Source: Chromera velia (Eukaryota). Taken from it: a DNA stretch of 64,000 nucleotides. The notes beneath the pieces are model-generated. The model did no database searches. It worked only from the letters and a program-made list of their open reading frames with translations, and was not told where the DNA came from. Made by a program: the position numbers and the translations under genes. Numbering within the stretch: the stretch's first letter is position 1; each line of letters begins with the position of its first letter. Below are positions 1 to 16,674 of the stretch, in pieces. The stretch lies in the NCBI GenBank assembly GCA_018398765.1, contig JAHBMJ010000113.1, positions 1 through 64,000 on the forward strand. Reading direction: 5' to 3'.

Positions 1-468
1 TAAAGGGAAAATTTTAAAGTTTATACAGTTAAAGTGGGGGTGTCGTCACTTTATTTAGATATTTAAAACTATTGGGATCACCTCTAGCGTCCAAGATGCT
101 AGTTTCAGACGTATGGAGAGCTAGGTGGAAAGCAGCGTCTACCATGTATAACCGCGAGATTAAGGCGCAAGTATATGACTGTCATAGTCATTTAAAGCTG
201 GAAATTTCAGTGGAAAACCTACATAGACAAATAATAACCAGCTTAAACCAGCTTTAGTGATTTATTTAGGATATTTTGTTATTTTTATACAATTTTATAT
301 AGAACCACGATCATACACAGTGAAATCAGTGTGGATTCGTTGAATTTCATCCACTCTATTGAGCTAAACTCTAGGCTAAAGTAAAGATTTACTTTACAAG
401 ATGTTGTATAGCTAGCTTGCTATAAAAATTGCAATGAGCAAAACTACCAGCCTAAGTAGTAACTTGAA

Positions 469-4500
<4,032 letters not shown>

Positions 4501-5337
4501 GGAGGATGAAAACTAGACAATCGAGGAGAAGAAAAAAAGGAAGACAGGGATAAGCAGATGATCTTATGATGGCGCTGGCAGGCAGGATCACTGCATGTCC
4601 TTTGGACTGCTTCAACTCGCGAATGAGCTCACAACCTACTGAGTATGACCTTAATTTGTCTGCGTGTATCCGAACATCGCGTCTCCTCGACGTATTCAGA
4701 CTGAGAGTGAGATATACTGAGAAGCTGTCAGCACGAGAGCCTGTCTGGAACCAGCGACTTCAAACCAGATGAGAGATTCGTTGCGCTCTGTGATCCCGGT
4801 CTGCGGTCTGACACAACGTCCGGCCATGCACTGAGGACTCCAGGCGTAGACGGGTTAAATACGGGTTAACAGTTCTCACTGAGTTATTAATAATCAGCTG
4901 CCCTATTAAAACGCGCATGCCGGCGTACGTGGCCCGGAAAGCGCGTATAGCTGAGATGTAGCTGAGGGGCACTTACAAAGAGTTAATTGACGCAGCACAA
5001 CCGGAATGCTTGTGAGATGTTTGTGAGAGCCGGAAATTTTGTTGTCAGAAATTGCCTCGGATCGAATATCAGTCTCATCTTTCGAATCACTGCATGCTGG
5101 CATCTTCACCTTTCTTGACTTCATGTGACTTCTTTCTGATACGAGCAGACCAGAAAGCGCGTTAGAGTGATGATTGCGTGCCTCTGCACAATAGTTCTAT
5201 ATGACTCGTGAAGGAAGCTTCTTGGTTCACATTGTGTCCTTGAAAGAGACGGCAGGGGAGCTCTGAGTCCTCTCTAGTACCAGTCGATTTTTTTCATCAT
5301 TCGCTTTCTGCCCTTCCACTGTTCTCTCCTCGAGAAA

Positions 5338-8300
5338 ATGTCGCAAATAATCGAGAGCTCCCAAAATTCTCCTCCAGGTGAGTTGTCCCCGCCATTTCTT
5401 TCCCCATCGGTGGAGACTTCTTCCGCGACTGGCAAGATTGGTTTCCAAAATTTTTCTTCTGGTCCCTTTGACTGTCTTGCAGCTGCAGATAACCTGCAAA
5501 TGACTGGGACTACATCATTGCAGAGGACAGACAATATGCTCTGCTCGCTCATTGAACATGCTCGCCCGAGTGCAGAGGTGAGCCGCTCGCAGTCTCCCGT
5601 CTACGCGCGTCCGATTTTTGTTCTCAAAAGTTCAATCGGCGCCTCCAGTCTCTCTGTGTTTGCCGCTTTGCTTGTTTCTCAAAAGAAGCTTACCTGCGGG
5701 TTTCCATTGCAGGAGAAATCGGAGCTTGCCTCAGGCAGGAAGGGCTTCGGCTTAGCGCTGATTCTCCTGGGGTTCATTCGAATGGTCAGCCCGAGACGGA
5801 AAACCTTCAATCTTCCGTCATGAACCCTGATCGTTGTGCCAAGACTGTTCGAAGAATCTCCCGTCATGAACCCTGATCGCTGTGACAAGACTTTTCGAAG
5901 AATGGTGTGAGAGGCCGTGAAGAGATTGTGTTGTGTACGTGGCGTATGTGTGTGTGCAGGGACGCTCACTTTTGCCCCTGGCAACTCTTGACCTTTCGGG
6001 TGAGTGGCGGAAGGGTTGAATCGATTCCTCTTTTGTTTGTGCCCTCCTTTCTCAACGGCCTTTCAACCTTTGTTTTCATACAGAGTCTTGAGAGTTTGTC
6101 TTGGAGCTGCGTCCTCTGTTTTATGGCAAAGGCTCTTGCTCCTGTTTCCCCTACTGTAACCCTCCCTGCCTTTGAAGATCGTTGTCTTTCCATCTCGCCC
6201 CCTTTTGTAGTCATTTGTACATAGGAGCGGGAGGTGTGCGTATGCCTGCATGCAGGTTTCTCGCTGAGTGCTCGAAAGCTGAAGCTCCTTCTGTCGTCCC
6301 TTCCCTCGGGCCCTGGTGTTCTGGAGACGCTCAGATGCGGTCAGTGGAGGTATAGGCGAGGGCTGTAAAAGTGACACCGCCCGAGGTGGAGACCTTCGTG
6401 TGATCAGGGCAGACCGAATGAGATGGAGGGACGAGGAAGCGAGGAGTCACCATTGTTTTTGTGATGTGAAAGTAACCATCGAAGCAGAGGTGCATGTGCC
6501 CTTTCAGTTTGTCTGTATCCAGCCGCTCTCGCATGCACCACCTCCCTGCAGGTCCTCATGTCTGCAAGGATGCCTGTCTGCCTGTGCTCCTCGACTTCCT
6601 CCATCGACTCAAAGCGGGGGGGGGAGCAAGGGGGGCGCCGTTCATCTCTCTGAAGACTCTCAACCTTGCCAGTCAGTCGCGTGCTTTGCCTGAGGACCCT
6701 CGGTGAGAATCTGAAGGCAGGCCCGATGCATGCACATGTTGTCATGTGACTCTCGGTATGCGTGTCTTTTGCCTTCCGATAAAGCGCACTTGCAAATCTC
6801 TGCAATCACCATGCTCTTCCGAAAAAAAAAAAATGGCGGTAGTTGGTATCTTTTTCGTTCTCTCTCCTTGTCGCTCTGCAGATTGCGATCTCGGCGCGAC
6901 GATAAATCCCATCTTTCCGTTGCTGCCTCCATCTCTTGAGCACCTCGATCTGAGTGGTCAGTCAACAGAAAGAGCGACTGAGACAGATTTTGGCAGGCGT
7001 GCTTTGTCTGTTGTGTGCATAAGAAGAAGGGAAAAGAGAGAAAAACACAGTCTGCCGGTGTGTGGATATTGCAAGAGAATGAAGGGATGCAAAGCTTTCC
7101 ATAGCCAATCGACTTGCCACCTCTTTGCAGAGGCGACTCCAAAAACACTGCTCTGTTTTGCACCAGCGTTGCCGGTAGTTCGCTTCGTCTGCATCATGCT
7201 GTATGTGGCCATAAATGTTTTCCTCCTTTACATTTCGCCTTCAATTGTCTCTCTGGATGTCTCGAATGTCTTCCCGCACGCATCCACTGTCTTTGTCCTC
7301 TCTCAAGTGTCTGTCTTTCCAGAGCTCTCTCGCTGTTGACTCCCAATTTCCACAAGTGATCCATAAACTCACACGCTCTTCCCCACTGCAGGAGGCAGAC
7401 TCCGTAGGGTGTCCGTGGAAGGCCTCGCGTCTGTATTCTCGTTTGGATGGCTCCCCAACCTTCTGAGCCTTGACTTGAGTGACAACCCTCTGGGCCCTTC
7501 AGGGCTGAAGGCGTTAGCGAGGGGCCTTTCTTCGTCTTCGCAGTCACTCCCCCTGCAGTCCCTCAAACTTGCCCGAACAAAGGCCAAAGCAGAGGGGGTG
7601 GAAGCACTGGCGGAAGCATTGAAGGCAAAGAAGACGACCTCTCTGCAGACCCTCACAGAGAACGAGATGAGGGCATTGGGGTTGAAGCACTTGGCTTCTG
7701 CAGTCAATGCAGAGGCTGTGCCTCACCTGAAAGTGCTGGTGCTGAAGGAGAATCTGCTGGCTAATGTGACATATGAGGAGAAGGACTATGCACCGATTTC
7801 CGAACTTCTTACCACAAATGCGTTGAAGGAGTTGGAGGAGTTTGATTTGAGCGACAATCGCTTGTTTGACGAGGGTGTCGGGGAGAATGGGGATGAGGGT
7901 GAAGTATGGGATGAGGCTGATGAGGAGGAGGCGGAGGACGGTGGTGACAGTAACGGTGAAAGTGGGGGTGTTCAGAATTCCTTGTTAGAGGGCGTCGACA
8001 AGATTGGGGATGAGGGTGTGGAGGAGGATGTGGAGGAGGATGCGGGTGAAGGCATAGATGCGGATGAGGATGGGGATGAGGATGGTGCTGGCAGTGACGG
8101 TCAGGTTGAGGGTGGGAGTATCGTACCATCTGCTGCCGCCTTTGCGGTCCCAGGTCGTTTCCCAAAATTGCGACGGCTCGATCTGGGATCAACTGATGTT
8201 TTTGAGGAGGGGGCCTATATGGGCCCTCGGGAGTTGGCAGCTTTTGCAACTGCATTGGGGGTGCATGGGGGGTTGCCGTCTCTTCAAGAGCTCGTCCTCC

Positions 8301-9958
8301 CTTTCGGGGGCTCTGATGTAAATCCGAATCCAGAGGGGGTCGTTGCTCTTGCCAATGCCCTTACTTCTGGGCACCTGTCTCAGTTGAGATGTTTGAAACT
8401 GCAGCCTCGATACGATATGACAGGTGAGGCGTTTGCGGGGCTCTGTCACAGTCTGGCAACAGGTAAGGTATCCCTCCTGCAGTCTCTAGATCTTAAAAGG
8501 TACAATGATGATGCCGAAGAAGGGGTGGTTGCCCTTGCAGAGGGGATTCAGGGACAGAGGTTGTCCTCGCTTGAAAGTTTTCGGCTACAGCTGTCAACCG
8601 TACAGGGGTTTGCAGTCTCGGGCTTGGGACTGGCGTTTGGTTGTGGGGGGTGTCCGGGTCTCCAAAAGCTTGACCTCCAATGGTCGGAGGGAGGAGATGA
8701 GGGGGTGAGGGGACTAGCGGAGGGTTTGGGTGGGGGGCGTTTGTCGTCTCTTCGGGATCTTTCTCTGAGAGTGGATTGTGGTGTGGGAGGTGAGGGTGAG
8801 ACGGAGTGGGCAGGCGAGGGGTGTAGAGCTCTAGGGGAGGTGTTGAGCACCGGTAAGGTGCCTTCCCTCCGAACTGTCAGAATGGATTGGCCTTGCGACC
8901 AAAGCTTTGCTTCTCTGTGTGAGGGTCTATCTCAAGGGAGAATTGGCCCGCCATTGCTTTTGGACATTAATTTCGTGGGAGTGAATTTCCACAGCGCAGA
9001 TCCTCTAGTGACCAGGTTTGCAGAAGTTATTCGAGCAGGCAAGCTGTCGGGATTGCGAAGTTTCAAGTACCAGTGGTATCCGCGGATGCTCAGCCGAGAG
9101 GGGTGGAGAATGTTCGGAGAGGCCCTCTCACACGCAGGCGCCTTCTTAAACTCTCTAGAGGAGCTTCACATTCTCTTTCAAACAGAAGAAGCGCATGCCG
9201 CTTTTTTCGAGGGCCTCTCCAGAGGTACGGGACGACTGCCCGTCCTGCATACCCTCCACTGTGACGACGACTTCACCATCAGAACAGAGGGTGCTCAGTC
9301 CCTGTCAGCCCTTGTGAGTGGGGGCAGGGTCCCTTCCCTCAAAGACCTGACGGTGAATTTGCGGGGGATCGGGCAGGAGGGGATGCAAGCGTTTGCTGCT
9401 GCCCTGGGTTCTCCCCACGTCTCCGCATTGCGCCGACTTGACGTGTCCATTTCGAAAGAGGTGGGCATACTCTCAGGTGCGCTGAGCTCTCGGCATGTCT
9501 GCAGGTTGGAGGAGCTGCAGGTGAGGGGTCTTCGGTTGATTGAGGAGGTCTGTGCGTTGTGTGTGGGGTTGGGCAGTGGGAGGCTATCTTCCCTTCGCAC
9601 GCTTCATATCTGGTTCTGCAGGTTCGAAGAGGGGGGCGTCAGGGCTCTCTCAGAGCTTCTGGTTGCAGAGAAACTGCCAAGCTTGAGAATACTCGAGGTA
9701 AGGGGTACGGGCCTCGCAGACGAAGGGGTCAGAGCATTGGTAGAGGTATGGATGACCCGAGACCCCCCTCCCCTGCAGCATTTAAACTTTCAGGACAATG
9801 CACTCACCGGTGCAATCGTGAATCCAGTGTTGAGACTGCTGGGCTCGCAGCAGCTGCCTGCCCTGGAGACGTTGAGTCTTTTCGGGAATGAAGGGATTGA
9901 TGAGAGATCGAGGGAGTCGCTCTTCGGAACGTTTCCGGAAGTTGTAAAGTTTGATTAG
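5338..9958 (+). CDS. Ribonuclease-inhibitor/NLRC3-like leucine-rich-repeat protein, 8 exons, about 1030 aa
   Basis: The 849-aa ORF 7409-9958 has many LxxLxLxxN repeats (LLSLDLSDNPLG, LEEFDLSDNRL, LQHLNFQDNAL, LETLSLFGNEGI). Upstream in-phase exons 5338-5377, 5483(5489)-5577, 5713-5784, 5960-5999, 6256-6339, 6552-6671 and 6882-6956 add further LRR units (LATLDLSG, LKTLNLANC, LEHLDLSG); the last exon is 7392-9958. The first 2-3 exons are less certain. Confidence 0.85.
5815..5903. repeat. Tandem duplication of about 46 bp in an LRR-gene intron
   Basis: CCGTCATGAACCCTGATCG(T/C)TGTG(C/A)CAAGACT(G/T)TTCGAAGAAT occurs twice in tandem. Confidence 0.85.
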
Positions 9959-10020
9959 TATCTCATGAAGTTAAATTGTGTCACGATCGTTGGATGGCAC
10001 TCGCAATTTAAACCGATGAG

Positions 10021-10070
10021 ATCGATCTAGGAATCGATTCGGTTGAATCGATCTAGGAATCGATTCGGTT
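10021..10070. repeat. 26-bp tandem duplication with ATCGAT palindromes
   Basis: ATCGATCTAGGAATCGATTCGGTT occurs twice, separated by GA. Confidence 0.9.
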
Positions 10071-10379
10071 TACTTTTGAATTATAATATATATGATTGTT
10101 CCCTCGCGGCTTTCACAGATTCTCAGCCGTCACTCCTCAGTTCTAGCCTCAGGCTCAGTTTAATAGAGTTACGGTTAAACCCACAACCGCCTTTCTGCGT
10201 TTATGCCTAGGTTTATGGCTATATGCACCATTTTGATGCCCTCTCTACTAGAGTCTCTAGCTGTCTAACAGTCTGAGTGTGCAGTAAGTTTAGGTGTGAG
10301 TGACTGTGTCTGTGTAACACTGTGTATGTGTGTGTGTGTGTGTGTGTATGTATGTGTCTCTATGTGTATCTGTATGCAG

Positions 10380-10900
10380 TAGGGTGCATAGCTAGACCTA
10401 TCATAGAGGGAAAAAAAAAATTAATTAATAATTTAAGCTCGTCCTCGTTTATTATTTTTTTGCCTGACGATGTTAGATGACAAACAACTGTTGTTCAATT
10501 AAGTGTTGCATAAGTGTTGTTTTCTAGGCCTATTACAGAGAAGAAAAAAAATAATTTAAACCCGTCCTCGCTTAGTTTTTTTTTTTTTTCTCCCGACGAT
10601 GTTAGGTGACAAACAACTGTTGTTCAAGTGTTACATAAGTGTTGTTTTGGTATTGCACAAGTGTTACTTAGGTCTTGCGCAAAAAAAAAAAAATAATAAT
10701 TTAAGCTAATTCTGGTTTACTTTTTTTTTTTATTTTTTTTTGCTGTGATACGCCTAGGTTGTTTTGGTATTGCACAAGTGTTGCTTATAGGTGTTGGCCG
10801 TATTGCACAAAAAAAAAAGGAAAAAATAATTTAAGCCAATTCTGCTTTACTTTTTTTTTTTATTGTGATATATACGCCTATAGGTGCATAGCTAGGTGCA
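10380..10900. repeat. Degenerate modular repeat array inside an AT-rich island (probable decayed element)
   Basis: There are four A-tract-ATAATTTAA(G/A)C..T-tract modules, two copies of GACGATGTTAG(A/G)TGACAAACAACTGTTGTTCAA, two copies of GTTGTTTTGGTATTGCACAAGTGTT, and GGTGCATAGCTAG at both ends. Confidence 0.7.
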
Positions 10901-11779
10901 TGGGTGGGTAAGTGAACATGTGAGTGCGAGTGCTTCAGTAGGTGACTGTGGGTCCTTAATTAGCTAGGTCCTTAGCTAGGTCCTTAGCCACTATATAGTA
11001 GATTTCTAAAAAAATATTTTAATGATATCTTTTCTTAAATCATTAATGAATGACATATTTTTTTGATAAGCCAACTTCATTCATTCATTCAATTAATGAT
11101 TATTTTTTATAAAATATAAAATTTATGTCCAACAATATTATCATCATCATCATCATATCATCATACGTCATCGCCATCGGCCTATTTGTAGGCCTCCAGC
11201 GTTTGCCGCTAGGTTTAATTGACAGCTATACACACTGGTAAAACAGTCTAGTTCCTCCAACTACCTGCAATACTTACAATAGCCGCTTTGAACAGCGTTT
11301 TCATTCGATGTTTTATAGTAAAAACATGACGATAAGATGACTCCCAGGATGACCCATTGACCCTTAGGATGACCCAGAAGACAGAAGAACTATGCTAGGA
11401 ACTATGTAACTTAAAAACTCCTTAGTTTATATAATTTTTACTAACCTTTTAGTAAAATAAAACCTATCTAGAAAAATATAGCTTTGTTTATAACCTCCGG
11501 CAGTGGACCGCGGGCAAAACCCGGAACATCAATGCTATGCTATGCTATGCCTGGTGCTATGCTATAGGCTGGTATTTTTATAGAAGGCGTATTGCGCCTA
11601 GCGCATCGCAATATATTGCAAGTCAGATGCATCCATGCTGCACGACCATGCACGATGACAAGTCAGTATGTAGCGCCTGTACAGACAAGTGACGCAAACA
11701 GAAATTGTGAAGAACCAACTTGGCAAACTCTTGTGACGAACCTTCTCTGGGCATATGGAGAGAAAAGCACCATGCACAT

Positions 11780-12699
11780 TCACATCGCATCAAGTTCGCT
11801 CGGAGTTGGTACTCTCAGCATCCATCTGTTCGAGATGCAAGCGTCCACTTGGACCTCTGAGTCCCCGCCTGCTTTCGACGGGTCTCTGCCTTCGTCGCTG
11901 TTGAGGTTCTCAGCAGGGCCACAAGTGGGTCCGGGAGCGAAAATGAAGGGGCGCATTTCCAAATTCCGCATTTTCGGAGTCCCTGCACGTACATGAGCAA
12001 GGCCGACCGGAAGTGCCAAAAGGTCGTTGGAGAGGAGCTCTCTGGGACAGTATTGTTGAAGGGGACATGGAGACAAAAGTGAAAGGAAAAAACAGTTCAA
12101 CACACTTCTGCCCTTCAGCGTGCACGATCGAGACACGTGGATCCCTGACTTCATTGAAAACTGGTGGGTGGCCTGGCTCACTTTGTCCTAGTGGGAATAA
12201 AAACCTCATCAATCTACGTACCTTTTCCCGCGCACCCCTCTTCTGCACCAGATGACTACGCATACAATGCAGAAGCAGAGGGACTCAAAATGCTAAAAAT
12301 CCAACTCCTGCATGTGTGCAGCCTACCCACCGGTCCATCTTTTGAACCACATCGAGTGCCCAACAATGACCACCCGCCTCTCCGGCCGTCGCGCCAAAAT
12401 CTCACAAAACCTGGCAATGCGACTGCACACCAAGCCGGTAACACACAGAAAGAGAGAATTCCTCCAGCCATCTAGAAGAGACATGTTCGTCCGATAGATC
12501 CTACAGCCTCTCTGATTCAGAGGGCAACACGGTGTATTTGTGTGAAGGGAAGGAGTAAAAGCAAAGCATCAGATGAGATGATGCATGCATGTCCTTCCCA
12601 GCAGAAACAAACCACTGATTCGGTCCCAAGCAATAGCGAGAACCCCTGCGTCTGGCGGCCTTCACAACGCAAGGAAGTCCGCACCTCTCGCAACAGTTA

Positions 12700-12767
<68 letters not shown>

Positions 12768-14136
12768 CAGAGGGACACTGGAGAAAAAAAGGCCAAGACT
12801 TCCCCGAGACAGATGAGAGACACACAGACACTGCAGCTTCCTCACTCACTCACTCTCCCACTCACTCACTCACTCACTCTCCCACTCACTCACTCACTCA
12901 CTCACTCACTCACTCATCTACACACTCCCACGGTTCCACCCCGACACTGCGGAGCCCCACAGATGACAGAATGCCCTCTGGATCCCCTGTGTACCTGCAT
13001 GGAGAAAAAAGGGGACAGACAATTGAAGGGAGGATGGACAGGAGGACACGAAGAGGTTCGGTGGGATCGAAAATGCAGTAAGGAAGTAAGCGAGCAAGGC
13101 AGTCGGGCAGTCAGTGAGTAGGAAGAAAGCGAAAAAAGAAGGAAAAGAAAACGAATGGGAAACAAAGCGGAAAGCTAGAAAGAAAGAAAAGAAAGAAAGA
13201 AAGAAAGAAAGAAGGGAAGGAGGGAGGGAGGAAGGGAGGGAGGGACGGAAAGAAAGAAGAGAGAAAGGAAAGAAGAAAGAAAGAGAGGAAGGAAGGAAGG
13301 AAGGAAGGAAGAAAGAGAGGAAGGAAAAGAGGAAGGAAAAGAGGAAGGAAGAGAGGAAGAAAGAGAGGAAGGAAGAGAGGAAGGAAGAGAGGAAGGAAGG
13401 AAGGATTGAAGGGAGGAAGGAAGGAAGGGAGAACAAACGAAACAGAGACGGAACGACAGACAGGCATCCGGGAGAACGGGTCTCAAAAGTCCATCGAAAG
13501 CCCGCTAAACAAAAAGCCCAGAGAAATCACATTTCGAGGAGAAACAGACAGAGAAAGAGGAAAATAGGCGGAAGAGAATTTGAGAGACACAGTCCCGTAA
13601 TGGGATACAAAGCGCTTTGAGGCGTGCAGTGCTTTCGCCCGGCCCACATACATATCATCACAATACAGAGGCGATAGGAGTGGAGAAGGGGATTCGGTGA
13701 GAGAAAGCCAATCATGCTGCCTCCTATTTCGCATTGAGGATTTCCCTTCCATTGCAACATAGACAAATAGCAGACTTGCAGACACAAAATAAAGATAGAG
13801 AGAAAATCCGGTCATGTCACGATCTCTCCACTGCTCTCGCGGACCAGAAAGGCGAAATTGAAGAGTCAAAGGAGACGCCTGACGAGTCCAAACTCCAGTC
13901 TCCCTCTCCCTCTTTTCCTTCAAGAACTTTCCTTTCTAGTTCCTCCACAGAGCCGCTTCCCCAGTCCCCAAGCGTCTCAACTCTCTCGGTTAGGAGGGGG
14001 GCGGCCTCGCAGGGAGGGGCAGGAAGGCCAGAAAAGACCTAAGGGGTCGGGAGAGCAACGGAGGGTAAGGAATGAAAGAGAGACAGGCAGGGGGTGAAGA
14101 TTTAGAGGAAAGCGACGACAAAAAAGGATTCACAGA

Positions 14137-14222
<86 letters not shown>

Positions 14223-15022
14223 TAGTCAACCGGTCAGTGTGTCAGTGAGTCAATCAGTTGGCTAGTCCTACAAACCCGACGAAACTACTAACTGGAGGAA
14301 CGGACGAACTATCACACCAACTTCCTTTTGACCGACCCCCTTTGCCGTCTGGAGGGCCCGACAGAGAGGAGATGAGAGCACCGACTGGACCCCCATCGTT
14401 TCCCACACAGGCTTCAACTGCAGGAGGAACAAAACAAGAAAGACAGAGGAAAAACATCTCACTGCTGTCTGTAGAAGAGTAGATGAATAGCTACTAGACT
14501 GTGCAAGAGGAAGTCTTTCTGAGGCTACAAGATGTGGAGACATTTGACGGAGTCGCCGGACGAGTAAAAAAGAAATTCGAAGTCTCGTCTGGAGATGGAG
14601 ACACCCAGAGTCACAGAACAACAAGAGAGAGTCAGTCAGATCAAACGGAAAAATCACACTTCATAATCGCGGCCGAGAATATGTGGCCTACCCTGGAGCG
14701 CAATCGCGCCGCCTGCTCATGTCCGTGTGCAGAGAGCCCGACGTCTCTCATGCCTGCACAAAAAAGGCATGCACAGATGTTTGACCAGCAAAAGCACATA
14801 CAGGACAATGGCAGAAACAGATGCCCATGGCGTCCCTCATGCTTGAATTTTCTAGAGAAAGGTATTTATTCTGCATAGCGCAAGAAAAGGAGACCGCGTT
14901 GATGAAGCAAGGGGGTCGACAAGTCGGAGAATGATGCGCTGCCGGTACCTCACTTTGCGTTAAGCTCTCCCTTCCACCAAAGCTTGACAACTGCGTGTGT
15001 CAAGGTCTGCGTGAATGGAATC

Positions 15023-15107
<85 letters not shown>

Positions 15108-15939
15108 CCCTCCCTCTCTCTATCTCCTGAAGCTGAGTGTTCGCTCAAATTTTTCCTTCAAATCACTTTTTCGTGACAATTGTCTTACCGGGGTTTGGGT
15201 CTTTGCACCCAATCCCGCGACCAGAACTCCCAATAAGAACAAGACAGCTAGGAGAAGCATGACAGCATGCATGTAGGCCCACAAGAGCAATGAAGACTTC
15301 TACACAATTTGTGGTGGGTGGTCTTCTTCAAGAACGAATCGGACTCTCACGAATCTCAAAAGGCAAAATAAATAAGTATCATTTTCTCCTTCTCTCTCAA
15401 CCCTCTCTGCAGCACCTTCCTTGGACGAAACCGAAATTCCCCAAGAGACCCACGCACAAGAACACTCCTCCCTCATCAGATAAGCAGTCCTTCAGATCGA
15501 GCAGTGACCTGACCCGGATCGAGTGTGAGCATGTCCCTCATACGCAGTCTCGTAAAGCTCTCCTTCCTCCATTTGTTGTATTCACTCTGTCCGTGTCTGA
15601 TCAAGTAAACCGCCTTCCCCTTCTCTCCAAGCGCCTCCTCTCTCACTCTAAACAGAGGACCATCCTCGTCCGGCTCACCCCAGGCGAACACATCCCACCA
15701 AGCACCTCTCGAGGCTGCAAATCCACCACACCAAGAAAGAATTGTCGACGCAGAAAAAGAGAGGTTCACACAACCCCTCGAGATGTTTTACATGCGAACC
15801 TGTCAGCCCACCCGTAGACTGCGCAGGTCTTGCAAAGAATATGCTCGCGCTTACCGATTTGACTCGCCTCTGTAGACGAAGCAGCAGACGGATGTTTGCC
15901 GTCTCCTTCTTTCTCCTTGCCGTCTCCTTTCCTCGACAT
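11780..15939 (-). CDS. Histidine phosphatase / phosphoglycerate mutase-like protein, 8 exons, about 332 aa
   Basis: Phase-consistent exons: 15939-15855, 15714-15514, 14753-14692, 14417-14337, 14038-13845, 12994-12914, 12422-12331, 11982-11780. All branch-1 motifs are in order: VYLIRHGQSEYN, DVGLSAHGHEQA, VLSSPLCRALQTA, PLLTE, VVIVGHS, MRNLE. Confidence 0.88.
13125..13430. repeat. Purine-rich GAAA/GGAA microsatellite tract (intronic)
   Basis: Direct reading; the tract lies in an intron of the histidine phosphatase gene and generates spurious K/E/R and F/L/S ORFs. Confidence 0.9.
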
Positions 15940-16674
15940 CTGGTGTCCCACCCCTCTGCGCTCTACCCGCTGAGCCGAGAGGAAGGCGAGTCTGTGAACT
16001 CTTCCACAGTGCTGAAGCGGCCTTGTGGCAGTGGAGGGGCAGGAGGACAGAGGTGAGAAAGCGAGAAGCACCAGACGAACACCAATCATTTAGAGACAGT
16101 GAGGCTGCCCCCGAGCTTCCAATTTGAAGGTGCGAGATCAAAAAGACTGCAGCGGTGCCATGGATGCAATGATCTGTCTCATGTATGAATGCATTGGGCT
16201 GACCCTCTGAGACCTGACTTAGTCTTCGCAAAGAGTCTCCGCGCGTTGGACTCAGCGACAACTTTCAGCCGGCAAGACTCGAGACCTACTCGATCAGGTC
16301 TCAGGTGGACTGCCTCAGTCTGCATGTACACGATTGTACACGTAGAGACGGCATGCAGACGATTGCAGACGGGCTCGCACGAAGTTTTCTGCATGGAGGT
16401 AGCTATAGGGCATGCGCAGGGGTTGGGGGGCACGCAACTGAAATCCGCGTAGACGGTCCAAGTATGTTCAATGATGCAAGTACGTGAGACTGCGACACCT
16501 AATTAAGAGTGACTTTTACGCATGCTCATTGCTCTTTGCTGAAGAGGTGTCCCTGTGAGGAGCTGCCACATTCCGATCTGACCACTCACCGTGCAAGATC
16601 CCCCCCTCCGACAGTCAGCGGCTTTTGGAGTGCCTGACTGCGCGTGTGCACTCTTTTTGGCTTTGCATGCATGC

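Noticed and set aside
15189..15272. Signal-peptide-like mini-exon (MHAVMLLLAVLFLLGVLVAGLG) followed by GTAAG on the minus strand
   Set aside because: It lies inside intron 2 of the histidine phosphatase, whose flanking exons already join in phase with intact motifs. No convincing downstream product was found, although an alternative start cannot be excluded.
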